DNA of 64,000 nt from NCBI GenBank assembly GCA_050633305.1, contig JBOEGF010000010.1:320001-384000 (forward strand). The letters are read 5' to 3'. Shown here piece by piece: positions 56,253-64,000 of this stretch; position 1 is the stretch's first letter, and the number at the start of each line of letters is the position of its first letter. The DNA comes from Nannocystales bacterium. Its GTDB lineage: Bacteria > Myxococcota_A > Polyangia > Nannocystales > Nannocystaceae. The notes under the pieces are model-generated. The model was not told where the DNA came from. It was given only the letters and a program-made list of their open reading frames with translations, and did no database searches. The position numbers and the translations under genes are program-made.

Positions 56253-57597
56253 CGCCTCACTCGTCGCCTTCGCGCTCCTGGCCTTGGCTGGGTGCAGAGA
56301 CACCGTCGACTACAACAGCGGCCGGATCGATTTCGACCCGGAGCGGCCCGAGGTTCCGGAGGCCGAAGACATCGCGCCCTACGATGGGGATGACGAGACG
56401 GTGCTCGATGCCCAGATGCGGTTTCCGACCGGACTCGACCTCCACCAAAAGGTGATCTGGCGGACGTGCACCCCCAACGGTGGTGTTTGTCACAACGCCA
56501 AGGAGTACCCGGACCTGCGCACCCCGGCCAACCTCGCCTCGGCATTCGAAGCACCGTGCAACGTGCAGCCCGGCGAGCCCACATCGGTCTTTGACGGCTG
56601 CGAGCCCAGCGGTGACCGGATTCGGTTCACCGGGAGCCTCGACACCGACCCAGTCGAGATCGCCTACGTGGAGCAGATCGCGGGGGACGAGGTCGACAAC
56701 TTCGATCCGTCAAACCTTTCGCCCGACACTCCGGGACTTCACATTCACTTGGTCACGCCCGTGCAGACCGACCGTGACGGCGGCTGGTCGACGGCGCGCT
56801 TCGTGCGGACGTTCGTCGAGGGCGGCGAGGTCGACGAGATCACCTACGCATCGTACGAAACCCAGTGGGCGGTTCTCGACGGTGGGACCCACCTGATCGG
56901 CAACGTTCGCGAGTACCAGTCTGAAGAGGTCGAGGAGCTGATCAACGTCGGCATCGAGGAAGCAGACGCCAACCGCAACGGTGTCGCCGGGGCCACGGCG
57001 GACATGGGGGTCTCCATGCTCGTCCCTGGTCGCCCCGAAGACAGCTACTTGATCGCCCGCATCCGCGGAGAGATGCACGACGCGCCGATCCCCGGCTCAC
57101 GCATGCCGCTGGCCAACGCGCCACTGAGCATCGCGGAGATGCTTGGCTTGTACTGCTTGGTCGAGGGCTGGCCCGAAGGCGCAGACCAGGCGTACTTGTC
57201 TGGGCCGATCGACTACCGCAACTGCTCGTACTCCGAGGACCCCGAGGCCTTGAACCTGCTTGGCAACGGGGTCACGTGGCAGGCCCGAGTCCGCCCGATC
57301 TTGGAGGCCAACTGCGGTGGATGCCACTCCGAGGCGGAGCAGCAAGGCGACCTGGTGTTGGTCGGGGACGGTGTCTACGAGCGCTTGCTCGAGAAATCCG
57401 CGCAACTGCCCGACCTGGCGCTCATTGAGCCTGAGGACGCCGAGAACAGCTACCTCTACCAGAAGCTCATCGGAGCCGACGGCATCATCGGGAACACGAT
57501 GCCGTTCAACCCGCTGACCGGGGAGGGACGCCTGACCGAGGCCGAGCTCGGCGACATTCTCACCTGGATCAGCAACGGCGCGGTCGAAGACCAGTAG
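56233..57597 (+). CDS. Lipoprotein with two planctomycete-type cytochrome c-like domains
   Basis: Lipobox ALAG-C. CTPNGGVCH...VPGRPEDSYL...RMP, and ILEANCGGCH...EPEDAENSYLYQKL...TMP...ILTWISNGA. Confidence 0.82.
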   Translation: MMRSAPNASLVAFALLALAGCRDTVDYNSGRIDFDPERPEVPEAEDIAPYDGDDETVLDAQMRFPTGLDLHQKVIWRTCTPNGGVCHNAKEYPDLRTPANLASAFEAPCNVQPGEPTSVFDGCEPSGDRIRFTGSLDTDPVEIAYVEQIAGDEVDNFDPSNLSPDTPGLHIHLVTPVQTDRDGGWSTARFVRTFVEGGEVDEITYASYETQWAVLDGGTHLIGNVREYQSEEVEELINVGIEEADANRNGVAGATADMGVSMLVPGRPEDSYLIARIRGEMHDAPIPGSRMPLANAPLSIAEMLGLYCLVEGWPEGADQAYLSGPIDYRNCSYSEDPEALNLLGNGVTWQARVRPILEANCGGCHSEAEQQGDLVLVGDGVYERLLEKSAQLPDLALIEPEDAENSYLYQKLIGADGIIGNTMPFNPLTGEGRLTEAELGDILTWISNGAVEDQ

Positions 57598-57612
57598 GCC
57601 GCGCGGCGCGAC

Positions 57613-58701
57613 TCAGCCGCTGCAGTACGGGGGCGTCCACTCTGGCAGTCCGCCCGCGTACGGGTGGGGGTCGACGCCGAAGGGGTGGTCGAGAAGGAAG
57701 TTGTACGCGTCACGGCGACGCCAGATCCCGGTCTCGTTGTCGGGGTAGCCGTGGCCGGTCCCATGGTCGCAGATGACCGCTTCCCCACCGCGTTCTGTAA
57801 TCACATTGAAGTAGAGCTGCGCGGCGGCGCTAAACGAGAGGCCGCTGACAACATCGGACGCGCCTCCGTGAAAGATGAGGGATGAGGGGGTGGCGTCGGG
57901 GTTCTCGGAGGCTGCCTCGCTGTAGATGCCTCCGGAGTAGGCCACGGTCGAGGCCATGTACGAACTTCGGAGGATGCTCGCAATGCCGATGTGCAGCGCG
58001 CCCGCGCTGAAGCCCACGCCGTGGATGCGGTACGGGTCGATGCCGCCATCGTTGACGGCACAGGAAACCATCGAGTCCATCATGACGAGATCGTTCTGCG
58101 CGCTCCCCGTGACGAGGAACCACTCGGTGGCCGCGCTGGGCTCTGCGAACGGTGCGATCACCATGCCTCCGTTCGCGAGGATGTCTTCGATCGCGTCGTT
58201 GCTCACGGTGGCGATCGCGTTGGTGGGGTCACCACCGCTGCCGTGGAAGGAAAACACAAGCGGTCCTCCGCCGCCCTGGCTCGGGTCGTACCAGACCAGC
58301 GCGCGGCGGCTGCCGAGGCCAACGGGAAACGACAGCTCGGCAGGGTTGTCCCCCTCACCCAACACAAACTCCGGGCATTCCCCCTGCAGCTCGGGGACTC
58401 GTGGGGCTCCGGGGTCGTCGCCAGTCTCCGAGTCGGTGGGTGCGGTCGGGTCTGTCGGGTCTGTGCCTTGAGTCGGGTCGGTGGCGTCCGAGCCGCTGCT
58501 GCCGCTTGGGTCGACGGATGTGTCGTCGCTCGTTACGCCTTCGGAGTCGGCCGTGGTCGTCGTCGCGGAAGACTCGCCGCCAGTACCGGAGACGGACGCT
58601 TCGGTCTCGGGTCCCCCATCCGTGTCCACTCCATCCGAGTCCGAATCACAGGCGCCGAGAAGCGCAACGCAAGACAGTGCAAGGAGTCGCGTGGCGATCA
58701 T
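57613..58701 (-). CDS. Lipoprotein esterase (PHB-depolymerase/LpqC-like alpha/beta hydrolase)
   Basis: Lipobox LLGA-C, Thr/Ser/Asp linker, PLVFSFHG, GFSAG, HGGASD and HGTGH. Confidence 0.82.
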   Translation of the reverse strand: MIATRLLALSCVALLGACDSDSDGVDTDGGPETEASVSGTGGESSATTTTADSEGVTSDDTSVDPSGSSGSDATDPTQGTDPTDPTAPTDSETGDDPGAPRVPELQGECPEFVLGEGDNPAELSFPVGLGSRRALVWYDPSQGGGGPLVFSFHGSGGDPTNAIATVSNDAIEDILANGGMVIAPFAEPSAATEWFLVTGSAQNDLVMMDSMVSCAVNDGGIDPYRIHGVGFSAGALHIGIASILRSSYMASTVAYSGGIYSEAASENPDATPSSLIFHGGASDVVSGLSFSAAAQLYFNVITERGGEAVICDHGTGHGYPDNETGIWRRRDAYNFLLDHPFGVDPHPYAGGLPEWTPPYCSG

Positions 58702-58822
58702 CGTAGGGGATGGACGGGACACGGCGCGGAGGGTTGCACGCAACCAGCGAGGCGCCAAGCTGCACGCGTGCCTGTCGGCCCTGGATCGGTGCCGGGCGGT
58801 CGGCTGTGTTGGAACAAGAGGG

Positions 58823-59809
58823 CTACTCGACGCAGTAGTCCGGGACCCAGGCGGGGATGTCTCCCTGGTATGGAAATGGAGCAATATCGAACGGGTGGTC
58901 CAGGAGGAACTGCCAGGAGTACACCCGAGCATCCGGAATCGTGTGGGCGCCCCCGTGGTCGCAAATCAGCGAAAAACCGCCCAGGCTGTCGATATGGGTC
59001 CGGTAGCGCTCGCTTGCCTGCTGGAACGAGACCACCACGATGTCCTCTGGACCGCCGTGATAGATGAGAGCGGGGAACGGCCTCTCCGGGGAATCGCTGA
59101 CGATCTCAGGGTTGAGAATGCCGCCGGAGTACGCGACGACCGATGCGATGTAGGAGCTGCGTCGGACGCTGACTTGGCTTGTCTGCAAGCCGCCCGCGCT
59201 CATGCCCAAAGCGTGGATTCGGCTCGGGTCGATCCCGGGTCCGTTTGCCGCGCAGCCGACGATCTCGTCCATCAGATGGATGTCGTCCTCCCGTTGACCT
59301 AGTACCAGGTGCCACGGGAACTGGCCCGCTTCGGGGTCCGAGACCGGTGCGACAACCATCCCGCCGCGCGCCAAAATGTCGTCGATGCCAGCTTCGCCGA
59401 TCCCGTACTCAGCCTCGAGGGGGTTACTGCCGGTGCCGTGCCAGTAAAAGACCAGTGGACCACCGCCCCCGGCTGCGGGGTCGACCCAGACGCGGGCCGA
59501 ACGAGGGCCAGTCTCGCCAGGCGCGAACTCCAGCGTTCCAGACTCGAAGGTCGGGCACGTGCCATCGGGGGTTGGAAGTGACTCAGGCTCGCCAAACGTC
59601 GGGGTAGGGCCACCACTGCTGCTGCCCTCGTTGTCGCTGCTGCTCGATTCGAGGCTCGCGCCGCTCGAAGACGATGAGGTGTCGTCGCCAGACGTTGAAC
59701 TCCCTTCCTCGGTCGAGGTCGTGCCGGACTCCGGTTCTTCGACTGCATCCGTCGTGTTTCCGCAGCCAAGCAGGGTGGTGACGAGCAATGCAACGGTCCC
59801 CGAGCGCAT
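58823..59809 (-). CDS. Lipoprotein esterase, tandem paralogue
   Basis: Lipobox LLG-C, Ser linker, PLVFYWHG, GMSAG, HGGPED and HGGAH. Confidence 0.83.
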   Translation of the reverse strand: MRSGTVALLVTTLLGCGNTTDAVEEPESGTTSTEEGSSTSGDDTSSSSSGASLESSSSDNEGSSSGGPTPTFGEPESLPTPDGTCPTFESGTLEFAPGETGPRSARVWVDPAAGGGGPLVFYWHGTGSNPLEAEYGIGEAGIDDILARGGMVVAPVSDPEAGQFPWHLVLGQREDDIHLMDEIVGCAANGPGIDPSRIHALGMSAGGLQTSQVSVRRSSYIASVVAYSGGILNPEIVSDSPERPFPALIYHGGPEDIVVVSFQQASERYRTHIDSLGGFSLICDHGGAHTIPDARVYSWQFLLDHPFDIAPFPYQGDIPAWVPDYCVE

Positions 59810-59891
59810 TGCGGGAGCATCGCATGCCGGGGCGCCCAAGGGAGGCAAGCCGCCGTGTCATTCGCGGTGGACTCGTTGCCTATGGAGGTCC

Positions 59892-60473
59892 GTGAACCCC
59901 TTCAAGCGTTCCAGGTCCATCTCCAAGTCTCTCTCCGTAGCCGTTGCGGGCGCTGTTTTGTTGGCGGCGGGTTCGGCCGCTGCCGCGTCCTACTGCTACA
60001 CGTTCTCCGGACCGAACGTGGGCACAAGCCACACGGTCGGGGACACGCTGACGCCCAACGGGTCGACCGTCGAGTTCCTTCAGTTCCAGTGGTCCAGCGG
60101 GATCTGGACCCCCGCTGGGGTTGCAACGGTGGTGATGAGCAACCACGCAACCGGCGTCGCCAACGAACTCAATCTCAACAACATCAACCTCCGGGTCATC
60201 CCCGACACGCCCGCGCTCACCGCTTCGTACAAGTACGCCGACTTCGGCGGAAACGTGAACATGGGGGTCAACGGCGACTTCCGGAACACGAGCGACATGA
60301 TGGACCTGGACGGAACGGTCGTTGGAGGCTGCGACGTTGAGGTGACGGAGACCGTCGCTGTGGGTCACATGTTCGGAGAAGTCGACATCATTTGCCCCGA
60401 CCCGGTCGTGATCGACAGGTTTGGGATGGGAGGACAGGAGTTCTTCGTCGACGACATCTGCTTCGAAGACTGA
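59892..60473 (+). CDS. Exported hypothetical beta-rich protein
   Basis: GGAGG RBS with GTG start, signal peptide ending SAAAA, and C-terminus GGQEFFVDDICF. Confidence 0.78.
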   Translation: MNPFKRSRSISKSLSVAVAGAVLLAAGSAAAASYCYTFSGPNVGTSHTVGDTLTPNGSTVEFLQFQWSSGIWTPAGVATVVMSNHATGVANELNLNNINLRVIPDTPALTASYKYADFGGNVNMGVNGDFRNTSDMMDLDGTVVGGCDVEVTETVAVGHMFGEVDIICPDPVVIDRFGMGGQEFFVDDICFED

Positions 60474-60501
60474 CCTCCGATCTGGGAGCCTGGGGACGCG
60501 G

Positions 60502-60750
60502 TCAGCTCGTGGGATCTGGAAGCCGGATCGCGAGAAATGCGCCCCACGCGAAGTGGCCGATGACCCACGTGATCAGCGTGGCGAGACCCGGCGACCCGCC
60601 GGGGGCGAGCCCAAACGCAACCGCCATCGCCGTCAGCGTGAGCGCGACGGCGATGGCGTTGGGCCGCCTCAGCGGCGGGGGAATGGTCTCGCGGTACAAG
60701 AGCCACAGCGCGGGCGCGTGGCCGAAGAACGCGATGACCCTTCGGAGCAT
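60502..60750 (-). CDS. Small 2-TM membrane protein downstream of pntB
   Basis: 82 aa hydrophobic ORF, co-oriented, about 20 nt after pntB. Confidence 0.6.
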   Translation of the reverse strand: MLRRVIAFFGHAPALWLLYRETIPPPLRRPNAIAVALTLTAMAVAFGLAPGGSPGLATLITWVIGHFAWGAFLAIRLPDPTS

Positions 60751-60771
60751 GGGCGGGGTCCTTGCGAAGGC

Positions 60772-62190
60772 CTACTTGCGCAGCTCGGCCAGCATGGCGT
60801 CGACGTTCTTCTTGGCGTCGCCGAACAGCATCTGGGTGTTGTCCTTGAAGAACAGCGGGTTTTGAACGCCGGCGTACCCGGTGCCCATCGAGCGCTTCAT
60901 GACGACCGTCTTGCCCGACTTCCAGCACTTGAGGACCGGCATCCCAGCGATCGGGCTGTTGGGGTCGTCGAGAGCGCTGGGGTTGACGATGTCGTTGGCA
61001 CCGATCACCAGGGAGATGTCGGTGCGGGGGAAGTCGTCGTTGAGCTCGTCCATCTCCAGCACGATGTCGTACGGGACGTTGGCCTCGGCCAGCAACACGT
61101 TCATGTGGCCCGGCAGGCGCCCGGCGACCGGGTGGATGCCGAAGCGGACCTTCTTCTTCTCCTTGCGCAGGATCTTCACGATCTCGCTCAAGGAGTGCTG
61201 AGCCTGGGCGACGGCCATCCCGTAGCCCGGGATGATGATGATCGAGTTGGCCTCCTTGAGGTCCTTGACGACCGACTCGACGTCGGTGGGGACTGCCTCG
61301 CCTTCGACCACCTGGGCCGGGCCTTTGGCAGCGCCGCCGTCGGAGCCGAACCCGCCGAGGATGACGCTGATGAACGAGCGGTTCATCGCCGCACACATGA
61401 TGTACGAGAGGATTGCGCCCGAGCTTCCGACAAGCGCTCCTGTGATGATGAGCAGGTCGTTGCTCAGCATGAAGCCGGCGGCAGCAGCAGCCCAGCCCGA
61501 GTAGCTGTTGAGCATCGACACGACCACGGGCATATCGGCGCCACCGATGGCCATGACCATGTGCACACCGATCACGCAGGCGATGCCCGTCATGATCAGC
61601 AGGGGCATGAGGCCAGCCGGGCTTCCATTGTCGGTGACCGTGTGGCCGGCGTCGATGAACATGTAGCCAAGCACGAGCGAGCCCGCGACCATGCCCAGGT
61701 TGAGCATGTGGCGCGCGGGGAGCATCAACGGCTTGCCACTGATGCTGCCACGCAGCTTGGCAAACGCGATGATCGAGCCGGTGAAGGTGATCGCGCCAAC
61801 GAAGATGCCGACGAAGATCTCGACCTCGTGAATGGTCATCTCCACCGCGGTGAGCTGTGGCTGGGGACCGAGGTAGCTGGCGAATCCGACCAGGACGGCG
61901 GCCAAGCCCACGAAGCTGTGCAGGACTGCGACCAGCTCGGGCATGGAGGTCATGGCGACACGTTGGGCCAAGAACCCACCGATGAGCACGCCTGGGATGA
62001 TGGCGCCGGCGAGCATCGCGTAGCCCTCGACGCCTGGCGTGGCGGCGGTGGCGATGAGTGCGATGGCCATGCCGAGGATCCCGTAGAAGTTGCCGCGACG
62101 GGCGGTCTCCTGGGACGACAGTCCTCCAAGGCTGAGGATGAAGAGGATCGCTGCGGCGATGTACGAGACGGTGATCAGAGATGCGGTCAC
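60772..62190 (-). CDS. pntB: NAD(P) transhydrogenase beta subunit
   Basis: [43 protein letters not shown] and [12 protein letters not shown]. Confidence 0.97.
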   Translation of the reverse strand: MTASLITVSYIAAAILFILSLGGLSSQETARRGNFYGILGMAIALIATAATPGVEGYAMLAGAIIPGVLIGGFLAQRVAMTSMPELVAVLHSFVGLAAVLVGFASYLGPQPQLTAVEMTIHEVEIFVGIFVGAITFTGSIIAFAKLRGSISGKPLMLPARHMLNLGMVAGSLVLGYMFIDAGHTVTDNGSPAGLMPLLIMTGIACVIGVHMVMAIGGADMPVVVSMLNSYSGWAAAAAGFMLSNDLLIITGALVGSSGAILSYIMCAAMNRSFISVILGGFGSDGGAAKGPAQVVEGEAVPTDVESVVKDLKEANSIIIIPGYGMAVAQAQHSLSEIVKILRKEKKKVRFGIHPVAGRLPGHMNVLLAEANVPYDIVLEMDELNDDFPRTDISLVIGANDIVNPSALDDPNSPIAGMPVLKCWKSGKTVVMKRSMGTGYAGVQNPLFFKDNTQMLFGDAKKNVDAMLAELRK

Positions 62191-62203
62191 GACTGTCTCC
62201 CTC

Positions 62204-63772
<1,569 letters not shown>

Positions 63773-63855
63773 AGGCCTACGCCGCTCGGGGGCGAGCGAC
63801 ATTTAGCAGGTTATTCGCCCGATTCCGAGCGTTTGCCCCTGCTATCGTCGCGACC

Positions 63856-64000
63856 GTGAGCGACGAACCTCTCACACACTTCGACGAGGCTGGAGCGGCT
63901 CGCATCGTCGCCATCGACGAGAAGCCGGAGACCCCGCGCGCTGCGACAGCGCAGGCGCGCGTGCGCATGCAACCTGCAACGCTTGCGCGCATCGAGTCCG
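63856..64000 (+). CDS. moaC: Cyclic pyranopterin monophosphate synthase MoaC, 5' part
   Basis: Manual translation [43 protein letters not shown] matches the MoaC N-terminal pattern; runs off the window. Confidence 0.82.
   Translation, partial: MSDEPLTHFDEAGAARIVAIDEKPETPRAATAQARVRMQPATLARIES

Overview
A GC-rich bacterial window. Its gene families (Ser/Thr kinases, a MYXO-CTERM-type tail, an ELWxxDGT repeat protein, DUF1592/DUF1552 and DUF1549/DUF1501-type pairs, many Cys-rich lipoproteins) point to Myxococcota, probably Nannocystaceae-like; this is inference. I found about 50 protein genes and no rRNA, tRNA, CRISPR array or mobile element. All family assignments come from motif recognition, not searches. 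Recognisable housekeeping genes are a Ppx/GppA phosphatase, a PHP phosphatase, an AldB-type dehydrogenase with an AcoR-like activator and sigma54 promoter, bcp, a CnoX-like thioredoxin, rsgA, add, pntAB and partial moaC. The best candidate for an undescribed system is 11.3-20.7 kb. There a PHA locus (SDR, phasin-like protein, phaR, PhaE-like protein, acyl-CoA ligase, class III-type phaC, no thiolase) shares a tightly coupled operon with an envelope module of two paralogous lipoproteins, a lipoprotein serine hydrolase and an outer-membrane beta-barrel. Three PhaR-type operators mark the transcription units. Other highlights: a Fur-boxed leaderless promoter for a small membrane protein; a pseudokinase, kinase-less paralogue and TPR triad; an ECF sigma-TM-TPR fusion next to a beta-barrel; a lipoyl-domain/zinc-ribbon fusion; and a cytochrome c lipoprotein with a CX6CH motif.
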